Shown: one piece after another, positions 36,757 to 50,000 of the stretch
How the letters are laid out: each line of letters begins with the position of its first letter
How positions within the stretch are numbered: position 1 is the first letter of the stretch
DNA from: Podarcis gaigeae
Lineage: Eukaryota
Length of the DNA: 64,000 bases
Direction: 5' to 3' (one strand)
Assembly (NCBI GenBank): GCA_964106915.2
Contig: OZ066919.1
Position numbers and translations under genes: made by a program
Notes under the pieces: generated by a model
What the model saw: only the letters and a program-made list of their open reading frames with translations
What the model was told of the DNA's origin: nothing
Database searches by the model: none

Positions 36757-37283
36757 ATAGCGTCCAGATCAAGGTAGCACTCTATTCTGCCTTGTTCAGA
36801 ATCCCACCTGGAGGTTCTGGGCAAGCTGGAATGTATGCAGAGGAGGGTGACCAATATTATCAAGGGTTCTGGAAAATAAGATTTGTAAGGAATGGTTGAG
36901 GGAGTTGGGTTATGCTTAGCCTGGAGAAGAGAAGACCAAGGGGTGATGTGATATAGTCATTTTCAAATACCTGAAGGCATGTCCCGTGGAAGATGGAGTA
37001 AGCTTGTTCTTTGCTGCTCCAGAAGGCAGGACCAGAACAAATGTGCTTAAATGACAAGAAAGAATATTCCCACATTAGGATGAAATTTGTGATGGTAACA
37101 GCTGTTCAACAGTGGAATGGACTGCTTCAGAAAGTGGTGGACTCTCCCTCATTGGAGGTCTTTAAACAGAATTTGGATGACCATCTGTCAGAGATGATTT
37201 AGCTGTGATTCCTGAGGTGCAAGGGGTTGGACTACATGACTCTTGGGGTCCCTTCCAACTCTACAATTCTGTGATGATTCTGT
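36757..37283 (+). mobile_element. CR1 LINE 3' fragment
   Basis: Typical CR1 ORF2 end (gcttagcctggagaagagaagac..ttttcaaatacctgaagg..gtggtggactctccctcattggaggtctttaaacaga), then 3'UTR ggtcccttccaactctaca and an (attctgtg)-type tail. Confidence 0.88.
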
Positions 37284-37899
37284 TAACACATAGAACCACT
37301 GAAACTGCTTTGCTTTGGAAATATTGCAATGGTGTGGTTGAATTTTACAAAACAATTCTGCAATTTTTCAAAAATAAAAAACCCACCCAAATTTGTGGAC
37401 TGATACATGGTGTGTGGGCTGATATATGGTGACCATTTTCAGATATGGTGGCACTTAGTGCATGCACAGCTATATATATACTTTGTGCATAGTATAAAAT
37501 GCACAGGAACTCCTATAACAGCCCCAAATTTACACCATTTGTGGACATACGTGTAGTGATCATTTTCAGCTATGTCTGCTGTGCCATGCTGAAACAGAAG
37601 CATCATTTTAAGCAATTGTACATGCAGACATGTGTGCAATGCCACATGCCTCCATGTCTGAAAATTATCACTATCTATTAGTCGGTAACTGGGGTAAATT
37701 TGAAGATTCTCTCGAAAACGACATAATTGATCAAGTGTGCCATTGCACTACTGCCTCTCAGAGGCACTGAGGAAGAAAGGCAGGCTGGAGCAGTCACTCT
37801 GGAACTTGCAGCAGTTCTGAGGTTTTTAAAAAAGGGGGGCAGGAAGATCCCAAGATCACCTTCACTTCAAAAGCAGCTCTGAAGTTAGGGAGGACAGTG

Positions 37900-38350
37900 C
37901 CTGTTTCTTCTTGTGGTATCAGGGCCATTACTCAGTTTAAAAAACCCAGTTGAGCCTGAGATTCAGGAGTTCTGAAGAGTGATGGATTAGTGTCTCAGAA
38001 TTGGTCATCCCATCCATCACCACTAGTGTGCCTTCTGTTAGTGCCAAAAAGTCATCCAGACAGTTCTGGGCATTGAGGCTTTCTCCCGCTATGACTGTCA
38101 CCTTAATGTTACCACTGGAGCTGATAAGATCTAGACCCACCTAGTGCCTAAATGACAGACCAGCCAGGAATCCCAATTGCACTTCTCTGATCTCCATGAA
38201 TGGGATGGATACCAGTGTTGGGAGCGAGCCCAGTCCCTCCACAGGCTTGCACACTCCACCTTTTATCTCCTCCTTGGTACAGTTGCAAGAAGGCAGCAGA
38301 AGCTTTTGCTTCTGATGTTGATTGATTAGAGTTCAGCATTGCATCCAAAA
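37900..38350 (-). mobile_element. Highly decayed LINE (L2-like) fragment
   Basis: Resemblance only (cagccaggaatcccaattgcacttctctgatctccatga..agttgcaagaaggcagcaga); no intact frame. Confidence 0.35.
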
Positions 38351-41236
38351 CCTAAACAGTAGTTAATTGTAGCTATGATTTGTTGATGCAAGTCAGATTC
38401 ATAAATGATGGTATGAAATTGGTTTGTTCCAACAAACCATAGTTAAGATTAACCACCCTTAGCTGAGTTCAGGTGACACAGCAACCTTCAGATAATCTCA
38501 AATAGAAGCAAAAGCTTATTAACTTCTCCTCCGCCGCCTGGATGGGGACCCAGAGAGTGCAAGGCCCAGGAGACATTAGACTCATTACCAACGTGATAGA
38601 CTATGGCACCTGTAGTCCTCCATATGCAGCCAATGTGGATCTGTGACATACAGTTCTTAATACTGTAATGGGTAAAATGGCCTAGGATGTCAAGCAAGAT
38701 TGCCGATCAGAAACTATTTGCATAAGGGATAATGGGTATAAAGCAAGGAGTAATTATTTATGTCTCCCTTGCATTTAAAACAAGAAATTACAACTGCTAT
38801 GAATCACTTTGCACTGAATCTAGCAAGTTAGTTGAACTCTTATAAAAATGCTTTATTGACTTGTTCCAAACTCAATTAAGTGTTTATGAACTCAGTCTAT
38901 TCTGCTACTTGCTGCAAATTTAATTATTTTTGTGGAATGTGTCTGTTCATTTTTCCATGTAATACATATAGGTGCATACCAATACTGTAAAATAAACAGC
39001 TACAGAGCTAAAAAGCTTAATTTTTGTGACTTTAAATTGAAATTAGGTTAACTTGGCTCTTTTCTAATTGACTTTAAAAATTTCCCTTGATACACTATGT
39101 CTACACATAAAAAACCACTGTAGAATTTACATTACACTATCTGTTTGTAATAGTACCTGCCATGGCTGCCAAGGGTTATGTCTATGATCATCATGGCAAT
39201 CTAATTAAATATATACGTATCAGACAACTGGACATGATTCAAGGCAAGCTCAACATTAAATTACAAAATTTAGATGGGCCACTTAATCAATAGACTCAGC
39301 AACTAGCTCTAGCTATCACCCCAACTCATAAGCTTGATGGCTTGGTTAGACATACTGTGTAACAGATGTCCAACATACATCCATGAGCCTTAATCATAAA
39401 TATGATGCTTTCATTTGGCATGGGATATAGGAAAAGTTTCCCAGTTGCCAGCAACCTGCTTGCTCATAGCAGGGGGGTGGGGAGTACTTTAAAAATGCAT
39501 GAGCTGTCTTTTGTAGCCTGTTACAGGAAGACTTGGAAACCACCATTAATTTTGCTTTAAATAATCCATCAAAATGGTCCTTTGTTCTGATAATCTGAGT
39601 TTCAAGTGAGACCACATGACAAAGAATTACCAAGACCTGATGAGGTTCTTTTCATATTGCTTCTCCTCTCTATTGGTTCTGTTCAGTTCTAAACCACAAA
39701 TTGAGTAAATGGCAAAAACAACAACCCAGTGCCGACAATCTTCTTTGAAATAAGATAAAACGTGTTTACTACCTGATCGTTTTAGTACTGTACACTTGTG
39801 ATAATCAGTTTTACTTTCTTCTTTTAAAAAAGAAATCCTTAAGTGCTACTTTTGCAACAGACTAGTGATTGTATTTGTTCCACCGCTAGTCCATGAGTGA
39901 ATTAGTAAAGATGATAAATGGATTTCAGAGACAATTTCAGCCTTGAAAAGATGCCATTTGTAACTATGGATAGGTTAGCTTGCTGTTAGTTTTCTCCTAA
40001 ATACTGAATAGATATAGGTTAGATGGGAATACCGGTATATATATTACAGTGTGATGGTTATGTGCAATTTGGAGAGAATGTGAACATAATTAAGACGTGC
40101 ATATTATCTAAAGTATCATAGTGTCATTTTAATCACTTCCTAAGAAAACAACTTGAAGGGTGCAAGGAATGTGAGCAAGGAAAGTATGAAATTCAGTTTA
40201 CTTTACTAAAGTTTTATACCAATGAATTTTGAATCATTAATAAAGAAGAAGAAAAAGCCCCAGGGAAAGAAAATGGGACACATAAAATAAGCAAAACCGT
40301 TTTATTAATAGAGAAAGCTATAATCTAAAATTAGTACAAAGCAAACATTTTAAAGATGATGCTAGGCTGTGTGATATGAAAAGCAACCAAATATGCTTTA
40401 TGAATGACTGGAAGGAAGGTAGGATATGTGATATGGATAACTGGCTCACAGACATAAGACCTAGAAAACATTTAAATTGTAGTTAAATAATCAAGCACTA
40501 TGAAAAGATAATGGAACTATTCACAAAAGAGTTGCTTGGAAAACATACAAAAGCCTAGTGAGAGATAGAGAGACAGAATTAATGGCCAGAAAACTACAGG
40601 CACTTAGGTCTTTAAAAAGGAAATGATTAGGTAGAGAATAGTGCTTAAAACAGGAATTTTGAAGAAGATAATTGCTGGTATTATCAGCCTGCAAGTACGC
40701 CTTGTATTTTTTTAATACATATATAATTTATGTTGGTCAGGAAAGGATCATTCACTGATCGAATATGCCATTGTAGAGTTTGTGAGTGCAAACTTAGGAT
40801 TCCTTTTCCTGTCTCCTGGAGCGATCTTTCCCCCGCTCCACAAATCGAAGGAAGTTGGCATCTGATTTTCACCTAGGGTTAATAAAAGCTAAAAGTAAAC
40901 TGTTAAAATTCTGCCTATGCTGAGCCCGAGAAGGAGCTGAGAGCCGGCGCGTCTTAGGACCCAGAAGGCCCCGCCAGGCGGCAGTTGTGTAGATCACTGG
41001 GAGACTCTAAAAGGGTCCAGTTTTAATTCTCTCTCTAATCTCTGCAACAGCCGCGCTTCCCACAACAGCTCAAGGTTGGGCTGATCCTGACTGTGGCTTT
41101 GGATTTTTTATCCCCGCTCCCAATCCCCGGCGGAAACCGCATTAACTGGCTCCTTCGCAATGGAAACCCTCGAGGAAAAAGTGGCTTCAGTCGCTCGAGC
41201 CTGAGATCGCGGTATCTAAAGGAGAGGGGCACGAAG

Positions 41237-41251
41237 ATGAAGACGCTGATG
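41237..41251 (+). CDS. ST6GALNAC5: ST6GALNAC5 coding exon 1 (MKTLM)
   Basis: aagATGAAGACGCTGATG is followed by the consensus donor GTAAGT at 41252. MKTLM matches the N-terminus of vertebrate ST6GALNAC5 as I recall it, and it joins exon 2 in phase 0. Confidence 0.93.
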
Positions 41252-42520
41252 GTAAGTCAGTTTCGCAGGAACTAAAAATGGTCCCAGATTACGCCCCGCC
41301 GCCTCCGGTCCTTAGGAACTGTGAAGCGAAACCAGCAGACCTGGCTGGGAGTTGTCGGGAGAGACAGACAAGAAAGACCCCGGGCTTCCTTTGGGTCGGG
41401 TGATTTCAGTCTCTGTGCAGCTTGCCCTATTTATTTATGGGCATTTTTGCTCCATGGGAAAATTTCGCAAGGGGGTCTTGGGCTGAAACCTTGTCAAGGA
41501 AGAGAAGCAAAGGAACTTCCCGCCTGCCTTATTTTTAAATAGCAAATAGGTTCACATGCCATTATGATGGCTGTTGGTGTTCGGCTGAACCGACTTGCCT
41601 TGCAAGAAGGGATCGCGGGCGCTTAGGGCAATAATCACGGGCAGGCATTGCTCTCTCTCCCACCTAAAAAACTGCAAAACGTGGGAGCAGTGGGAATGGC
41701 AGCGAAAGGGTAAGCCGGAAAAGTGAGAGGAGGATAAGAGACAGGGGCTTAGGAAGGCAGAAAGCAGAGTGTGTGTGGAGGGGGGGGGTCAAATTCAGGA
41801 GGAAGCTGCACTTTTCAAGAGGCTTCTCTGCTTTGGAACTTGCAGGGGCTGGAAATAGACGGTTCCTCCCCTCCCCACCCCGGCTTCTTCCGCCACCCCA
41901 GAGATTAAAATGGTAGCGCTGGGTGGCACCCGCCCGCCCGCACCAACCTGCAGGGGTCTCTCCATGGAGAGGAGACCCAACCCCTTCCAGAAGAAGTTAA
42001 AACTTGCAAAGGCTACCAAGACGCGGAGCTGCATTCTCCTCACACCCACCCGCATCCCCGCCATAAAAAAAGGACGGGAAACTTGCAAAAAAAGGGGCTG
42101 CCTCACATGAGTTAGGCTGGCGCGGGTGTGGAGAGAGAAAGAGAGAGAGAGAGAGACGCCGAGCTTTTATTGACAACAATCAGAACTCCTCCAACAGTGG
42201 CTGGTTGCAAAGGCGAGGCGGGAAGCGGCGAGGCGCGCGCGGGGCGGGGGCTGGTGAGGCGGGAAGGAGAGCGGCGGGGAAGCGGGAGACCTGGAGGGGC
42301 GGCGACTGAGCCGCGAGGGACCCCGGCGACAGTGCTGCCGCCTGAGCCGCCCGCGCGCAACGCCTCCTGGCCGCCGCCGCCGCCGTTTCCCGCTCCGCCA
42401 TCTCCACCACGTCCGGCCTCGGGCTCCGCAGCGCTCCGCTCGCCGCCTGCCTGGTGGGGAGCGCGCTCTCCCCTGCGCACGGCGGGTTCTCTCAGCGTGT
42501 CTCCTTGTCCCTCTTTTCAG
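41252..42520 (+). other. ST6GALNAC5: ST6GALNAC5 intron 1 (1269 nt, GT-AG)
   Basis: Bounded by GTAAGT and TTTCAG. Splicing gives the continuous frame MKTLM|RHGLAV. Confidence 0.9.
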
Positions 42521-42811
42521 CGCCATGGGCTGGCTGTGTCTTTAGCGCTCACCACCATGTGCACTAGCTTGTTGCTCATGTATGGTAGCATCGGTGGCGG
42601 AGGCGGAGGCGCTGGTAGTGGCGGCGGAGGAGAAGGAGGCGGCAGTAGCGGCGACGGAAGCCCGAAAGAGCAAAGCCAAGCGCAGCAGCAGCAGCAGGTG
42701 GCGGTGACGGCGAGCCAGAAGCCGGAGAGCTCTCAGCAACTGGGCGGCAGCGGGCAGAGGCGCCTCCCCGACCGCCCCTTGGAAGGCTACATCGGGGTCC
42801 TGGACCACAAG
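42521..42811 (+). CDS. ST6GALNAC5: ST6GALNAC5 coding exon 2 (signal-anchor and stem region, 97 codons)
   Basis: A polypyrimidine tract and acceptor (ctccttgtccctcttttcAG) end at 42520. The exon translates RHGLAVSLALTTMCTSLLLMYGSIGG...QQQQQ...RPLEGYIGVLDHK, matching mammalian RHGLAVCLALTTMCTSLLLVYSSLGG...polyQ...RPLDGYLGVADHK. Donor GTGAGC is at 42812; length is 291 nt, phase 0-0. Confidence 0.96.
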
Positions 42812-42993
42812 GTGAGCGCAGGCGGAGAGGTGCGGGGGGAGGGGGAGGAGGCGAAGGGTGGACAAGGGCGCCGAAGAGGGAGCTCCTCGGGGCCCTTGGC
42901 TTGGGCCGACTGATGAAAGTTCTCCGGGAAAAAGGTGTGTGTAATAGACATTTCTGTACCATGAACTATGGGGAAATAGCATGGGAGTTAAGG

Positions 42994-43343
42994 TAAGGGA
43001 AAGGGACCCCTGACCATTAGGTCCAGTTGTGGCCGACTCTGGGGTTGCAGCGCTCATCTTGCTTTATTGGCTGAGGGAGCAGGCGTACAGCTTCCGGGTC
43101 ATGTGCCCAGCATGACTAAGCCGCTTCTGGCAAACCAGAGCAGCGCACGGAAATGCTGTTTACCTTCCTGGCAGAGTGGTACCTATTTATCTACTTGCAC
43201 TTTGACATTCTTTCGAACTGCTAGGTTGGCAGGAGCAGGGACCGGGCAAGGGGATCTCACCCTGTGGGGGGGATTCGAACTGCTGACCTTCTGATCGGCA
43301 AGTCCTAGGCTCTGTGGTTTAACCCACAGCGCCACCTGCATCC
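42994..43343 (-). mobile_element. Sauria SINE (different, more diverged subfamily), full length, 11-bp TSD
   Basis: Contains the head (cccacagcgccacctgcatcc), the core ttcgaactgctaggttggcagg and the tail taagggaaagggacccc. TSD gggagttaagg is at 42983-42993 and 43344-43354. Confidence 0.93.
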
Positions 43344-43567
43344 GGGAGTTAAGGAGCCACGCTCTTCTCAGAGGCACTGAGAGTGGAGTGCCCCACGGAC
43401 ATACAGCCCTGTGGGATGTTTTAAGTGATCACGTTGCCATTCAAAAGGCTGCCCTTTACTCCAGGGGCAATCAATCCAAATTATTCTGTAGATCGCTTTG
43501 GATTGCTTTCTGTGGGAAAAAAACAAAAAGCAGCAAATACATATTGTTAACAATAATAATGAATTCA

Positions 43568-43698
43568 CATAGAATCCTATAGAAGGGACCATAAGGGTCA
43601 TCGAGTCCCACCTTCTACAATGCAGGGATCTTTTGCCCAACGTGGGGCTCGAACTTATGGCTCTTGAGATGAAGAGGCTTGTGCTGTTCCAGCTGAGA
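43568..43698 (-). mobile_element. tRNA-Lys-like SINE with CR1-type 3' tail
   Basis: catagaatc..gaagggaccataagggtcatcgagtc..caatgcaggga..gcccaacgtggggctcgaac; same family as 35699 in reverse orientation. Confidence 0.7.
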
Positions 43699-46600
43699 CA
43701 GTTTTATTTTATTTTATTGATATTGCCTGATGGGATATCTCAGAGCAAACGCCACATACTGTCTATTGCTCGTTAAGAGAGAAACGTTTTTTAAATATAT
43801 ATATATATATATACTTAACATATTTTGAAGAACAAATGGAAAATGTATAGAATTAATCAATGTAAAACTCAGTAAAGGATAATAACAGAAAGAGAGAGAG
43901 AGGAATGTTTCATTTGGTGGCTGTATACAGTGGGTGGTATCCTAACTAAGGCTGCAATCCAAATCCCACAGGAGACGTTGGATTGCGTGAAGATGTTTCC
44001 CCTCTTGTTTCTGCTGGCTCAACTAGCTTCCCATGTGTGGGTGAGCAGAAGGCCTATTGGTGTCTCTGCTAGCAGAAAGCCCCCAAGTGAGGCAGGGTAA
44101 GGCTGAACTGGCTGGATTCCCAGCTGATTCCACAGCCAGTGCCAACCAGCACAGAGCCTAATTTGGGCCCAATCACTGTGCCGTATTCCACTGTTGCCAC
44201 CATGAGTGGGTAAATTAAATGGGTCTGTTTCCTGTATGGCTTAGTCAGATACCACCCACTGGTTTCACAATTGGGAAGTGTCTTAACAGGGAGTTCTGTT
44301 ACACTGGGAGCTTTTCCAGACAAAAAAAAATTTGGCATGGCCTAAATTATCAGAATCAAACAGATAAACAGGCTTTAATCAACTCCCTTTTGCAGAAGTG
44401 TTTTTTGTGAAAAAGGCACTACCTTCAGAAGGAATTCCTTCCTTTAAAGCAAGCTTCATCTGCCAGTTTGTAGGTCTGCCGGTAATGGGCAACTTCTGCT
44501 TCTTAGCAGATCAAAGTCTCTAACATTGGTTTTGAAGGCTTTGCAGACCCCACAGAATCAATATTCTCAAGGGCAAAGGAAAGATAGTTGGCTTTTTTTA
44601 AAAAAATAAAATGGTGCATACAAATTTCAACCTCTCCATTGGGCCTTCGATAAATGATACTGATGATGCAAAGCTGTGCATGCTTTGTGTGTACTATACA
44701 AACCTATTTCCAGAAGTAAAATTTGGTGTTGTAGATAAGTTCAGAATGACACTCTTGTCAGGAGTAATATTTGCTACCGAGGATACTTTCAAGACTGATA
44801 GTCTCTAATTGCGTTCTGAAGCAAAGGTGACAAAAGTATGGTTTTCTTAATGCAGCAAGAAGTGTGGGAAGAGGTCTCAAATTATTGTGGTATAATGGGA
44901 TTTAAATGTATATTATGTGTGGAAAAACTGGATAAAATATGTGCACAGAAGCACAGTAAATTCTTAGCCTACGAAAAGCTACTATGTCACCATGAAGGCT
45001 TTGAGCCTGCCTTCTCTATTTCTACCTGCAGGGAGCTGGGTGTTGTCATTGCTTTAACACATGGGGGCAGTTCAGACAGGTAATCTCCACCTATAGTCTG
45101 AAGACATTCCATTCCATACAAGTGCTCTTTCTACACATTTCAGGTGGCTGTTCAGAGTAAATCGACAAGATTTGACTGTGATTTTGGTAGTAAACATTGT
45201 AGTAATTGTTGTGCTTTGGCTGTTTTTAAAATCATACATCTACTATTAGGAGTTACTTAAAAAGCATGATTAAGGAGTTACAGGAGATGAAGTATGGATT
45301 AATTTGAGATAAAAAAATTAATTACTGCACCTTTCTATTATAAGGCTATGGCCCCTGTGCACAGTTCCCTTGAAGTAAATGCTTTACAAATCGACAAAAT
45401 TTAGGTAAGGGTGCTTCAGGACTGGAGCCCTTCACCACTGCTTTTCTATAACTAGCTAGGAGTAGAACTGAGACATAGGGCTGGAATTCAACATCATCCT
45501 ATGTGGGTCTCCCATCCGTCAAGTAGGAGCCCTCATGCAAGATTTGCACAGATGGGACTCATTGGGTGAATCCTGCCCAAAGGTTCCACACACTGCTTAA
45601 TAGAGTGCTTTATTATCCAGCAATGCCATTCCCAACGGCAACCCAGAAGACTGCTTTCTAATGCCTACTACTCACAAGTAAGTTCTTGTTGTCAGTAAAG
45701 CTCAGTTTTCATGCTAATAAAAGGTTTTATTGCACCAGGTTTTTGGAGACTGAGTGACAAATTATCCCCCGGCTTATCACTTGAATGAAGTCTGTCTCAG
45801 TTGGTCCCCACACCGGTTTCTTTTTCCTGTGGTAGAAGAAGTCTTTAATTACTGATTTCCCGTCATTTAAATCATTATTTATTTTTCAATAGTGCCTTTA
45901 ATAAAGCATTTTAAAAAAGAAAAGAGAAGAGAAGAGTAGAAGCCGCCACAGGACATTCTGCAATTTACATTGCAGTCTTAAGCACTCTTACTAGGAAGCT
46001 CAATGGGGCTTCCTTCAGAGTATACATAATGAAGTTTATTCTGTTAGAGAGACTATTCAATGAGCAAATCTGAGGCTATTTATTTCAGGAGTCCTCCACC
46101 ACGCATCAACAGAAAGCAATAAAGCTGGCTGAAGATGCAAAGAGGAAGCATTCAGTGTAAAGGCACAAAATCCCAGAAAGACTTCAAACACTGTGCCTAC
46201 CTACTGGACAGACTTTCTTACATAGGGCATAGAGCTATTTAGTTAGCCGGTTGCAAGAATTGTGTTTTACCCATAAGTAGGTCTAGTAACATCGGGGAAG
46301 CAATGTACTAACAATGACAACATGTGAATGCTCTATGAAAAGTGTATAAACAACAACTGGAAATTCCACAGAAGAGAACAACTTTGGAAATATCCTCACA
46401 GTGTATTTAGGAACAAAGTGTTGAAGGTTGTGTCTGACAGCAGTACTAACAGATACGTAGAAAACTTTGCAGTTTCCATCACAACTTCACCAGAATATTT
46501 TTTTTTTAACATTGTATTTTCTCTTTCTACGCATCATACATAATTCCTATGGGATCTGTTCATGACTATATGTCAAAAGTAAACAGCTTCCTCCCTTCCT

Positions 46601-47034
46601 TTCATAGGAGGTTCAAACACTATATATAGCCTTGATTTGATGAAAGCAGGGTTGTTCTTTCAAGAAAGAAGTAACAGCGCAATTTTCAGATAGTTTAACA
46701 AAAACAAAATGAAGTTGACAGCAGTAACAAATACAGAAGATAATGTTGGTCACTTGCAGATAAATACCATGTACAGAACTTGAATGAAAAGACAGTTCAG
46801 TATTACTCTTAATACATGGAAAAATAAATAAAGGGATCTGGTTCAAGTGACTTGCTTTTTCGAGTTATAATGAGATATTTCACTACCGACTTAACATTTG
46901 GAAACTGGAAGAAGGGAATTTTTTTCTATAGAAATAGTTGAAGGAAAACCTCCAAGTATTAACTGGTCTGAAGACTTAGAATATGTTGCTTTCAGAGAGC
47001 ATGATGACTAGCATAATTTAATTGTACCACACTG

Positions 47035-47095
47035 ATATATATATATATATATATATATATGCATGCATATGCTATATATATATCTATATATATAT
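47035..47095. repeat. Interrupted (TA)n microsatellite
   Basis: Direct read. Confidence 0.93.
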
Positions 47096-50000
47096 TTAAT
47101 GAAGAGTAGTTCTGCACATAGTTTGAAATCTCCATAGCCTCCAGTACAGAACATACTTGGGGACATAATTACTTTGTATAATTGAAGCAAGAGAGAAAAG
47201 GTTAGTGCTGTTGGAGAACAACAATAATAATAATTCTCTTCTATGGAGACCTTTTTGTAACAGATGGAATCTGTTGAGGTTGCTGCTTCATCTCTTGTGA
47301 TGCAAGATAAGGCCATGAGGGAATGTATCTGGTACTCAATGTAAGCTTTACATCAGTTACTTCTGCTCATTATGTTGGTGTATGTAGTTTTCAAGTATCT
47401 TTCTTTAAAAAGCCAGGTATGCTTTGTTATCAAGAAAGCCTGCAATCTTTTGTTCACTTTCCTAAGAGTAGCACCCATTGAAAGTACACAGTCAAAGGGA
47501 TTGTACTGAGCATATAGATAGTAATGGAGCATTTGCTGTGCACTATCCACCAGCAGGAGTCTTGGGGTGGAATTCAATGTATCATTAAGGGTGGTATGCA
47601 TGAGCAGACCATGGTCTGCTAGTGCAACGGAACTTTCTCCCCTCTGTTCCCCCTAAGTCCCCACCTCACCCCCTAAAGTTCCAGGGGTTTCCCCAGAACT
47701 TTGGAATAGGAGGCAATCTGGATGGTTAAAGATTACCATTTTTGCTCTGGAAGGTGAAGTAGTTGGATCAGCGGTATGATCACTTTGTTCTAGAATAGGC
47801 TGTCCAAAGGTTTCTATTCTATATAAGACGATGGAGATAGGCTTTCTTTCAAGGCCACTTACCATGAAAGCTTGAAATAGCAAGTTTTTACTTTCAAACA
47901 CATGACAATTTAATCAGAATTAATCTAACATTGTAAAAAGCATTGCGTGGAGGGGAATAGGCCAAATACTCAAGTAACCAGTTAGTGGGTAAACTATCTT
48001 GTGTTTAGCATTAATAGGTTAACCATGCAATCATGTGCATGGATATGCAGAAGTAATTCCTTCCCTTCAGTTTCTTGGGACTTACTGTCTAGAAGTATGC
48101 ATAGGACTGGTTAAGTATCCAGTCACTGCATCCATTTACAGAGGAAATCTGGGGGTTCTTTCATTAATGTAACAGTTCCTCTTGACCAAATAATGCAAGC
48201 AAATCATATAGTGTTGGGAAACAGCATTGCTTGAAGGAAGAATCACAACAAACCAGTGATTGGTTTGTGCATGCTCACAAACTCATTTTGGATTCTGCTG
48301 TGCGCAGGAAAAAAAAATTGGCTTTTTGTATGGATGAACCAATGCACAGTACTGCTGAGAGCTGGGAACAAATCACTACTAGCCTCTATTGACAACTATG
48401 ATTCAGGATGTGAATGCACATCCAAGAGAACAGAGAGGCTACCAGATCTTGGATGAGGAGGATCAGTCACCCTGGTGTGAGGAGGCATGCTGCTAAAAAA
48501 GATAAGAAAATATATGTCTACTTCAGATTGATGCTCAGCAGACAAGCCTGAAGGGTCAAATGACATGATAAGCCATTAGTTGTACATATAACCCTTGTGG
48601 GTAGTTCTGGTTTCCATAAAGGTCATTGATGTTACCATACAGTTACTCTACAACTGTTCATTTTTTTAAAAAACAACCTTGAGATTGAAGCCAAATATCT
48701 AGATGGACAGCTTCATTTGCATATCACATCAAACTAGCCTTTACCAGTCTGATGCCCCCCAGATGTTTTGGCCTACAACTCCCCCCAAGTTTGGACTACA
48801 ACTCCCATGCATGAGTTGTAATAGAACATCTGGGCAGTGTCAGGTTGGCAAAGACTACATTAAACCATAGTTAAAATGAACTCAAGTTTAATGTGGATGA
48901 GCAGTGTTCAGTTCACGGTTTATTGCAGAGAAATAAACCACGAGTTTGTTTTGTCCCCAGCAGAGCAGGGAAGAGAAATTTGGGAACTCACATTAAACAT
49001 CATTCAGATGTTGACTGCGCATGTTGTGTGTTCTGCTTTTTGTTCCCAGCAGCATTAACTATTTCTCTAAGCTTGAAAAATTGCATCACCGGTTCATTTC
49101 ATTCTGATGATTCTTGTTTAAACTTTCAGTGTGCATTTAGTGATAACATTCTATCTGTATCACAAAGCAGTCGAACAAAGATAGAAAATGGTACCTTTTG
49201 CTCCATGCCAGATTGCTAGTTTCTTGCAAGCAGCTGTCAGTCTTGACTTGGCACCAGCTCTGTTTGTAATCCCTTGAAGTACTTTATCCCTTATTGCTAC
49301 TAACTATGTATCAATCAGCTCAACATGTTGTGCATTTAAAATTCCACATCATTATGTATTTACTGTGGGAAAACATAGGAACATCTTATTGAGATACTTT
49401 TGCTGTGCTTTTTGGGGGGAGGGGGATAGTCTGACTATAAAGGTGTGAAGCTTTGCCCCGGCAAAAATGCTATTTGAATGTGACCAGAAGGCTGGAATTA
49501 GGCATGCTGGACAGTTCCAACAAAAACAGACATGGGAGCAGAAATTGCCAATGTTCACCTATTCATCCCATGTCCAGAACAGAAATCAGTCAGCGAATAT
49601 AATCAGTATTCACAGTTGTTGCTTTCACTCTGCAAACAATACGTACAGTAATCGATTACATTTCCCCCCATTTCCATTGCATTTCCTTTGTATTGAAATG
49701 AATGGGGTGGAATAACACAATGCTAACACGTAATTAATTACATAATTGCGCCACAGTGGACAGTGAGACAAATAATATAGGTTTTTGCAGGAAACAAACT
49801 GCATTGGAACAGAAACAGTGCTGCATGTTATGCATACAGAGCAGAATAGAAAGTGATGCCTTCCTACATCCCTGGCTAGAATGCCTTATTATTAAGGCCC
49901 AGTGATGCTCTTGAGATGGTAAACGGAGTAAAGAGAAGTGCTATGGTCAGAAATAGTCTCACTTCTCTCTGATAGAACTGGGCACATTGGTAGCAGTCCA

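Larger units (their letters stand above)
40920..42912. promoter_or_regulatory. CpG island / promoter of ST6GALNAC5
   Basis: GC and CpG density rise sharply against an AT-rich, CpG-depleted background. GC boxes are present (ccccgcc ~40969 and ~41294, ggggcgggg 42241). The island spans exon 1, intron 1 and exon 2. The TSS cannot be determined from sequence alone. Confidence 0.85.

Noticed and set aside
40190-40680. A-rich stretch possibly an old L1 3' fragment
   Set aside because: Composition is suggestive, but no diagnostic motif could be read.
1-40900. 3' exons of ST6GALNAC3 or another gene upstream
   Set aside because: No sialylmotif or other recognisable protein sequence was seen. Short or non-coding exons cannot be excluded by eye.
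41093-41236. In-frame N-terminal extension of ST6GALNAC5
   Set aside because: Starts at GTG and has no recognisable homology. The ATG at 41237 matches the known N-terminus.
42491-42495. Alternative acceptor ctcAG 25 nt upstream of exon 2
   Set aside because: It would shift the frame and has a weaker pyrimidine tract than the site at 42520.
42128-42913. 261-aa ORF as a single-exon gene
   Set aside because: Only 42521-42811 is ST6GALNAC5-like and bounded by splice sites. The remainder is stop-poor GC-rich intron with a GTG start.
42112-43057. Several antisense ORFs over the CpG island
   Set aside because: Low-complexity products expected from GC-rich and coding-antisense sequence.
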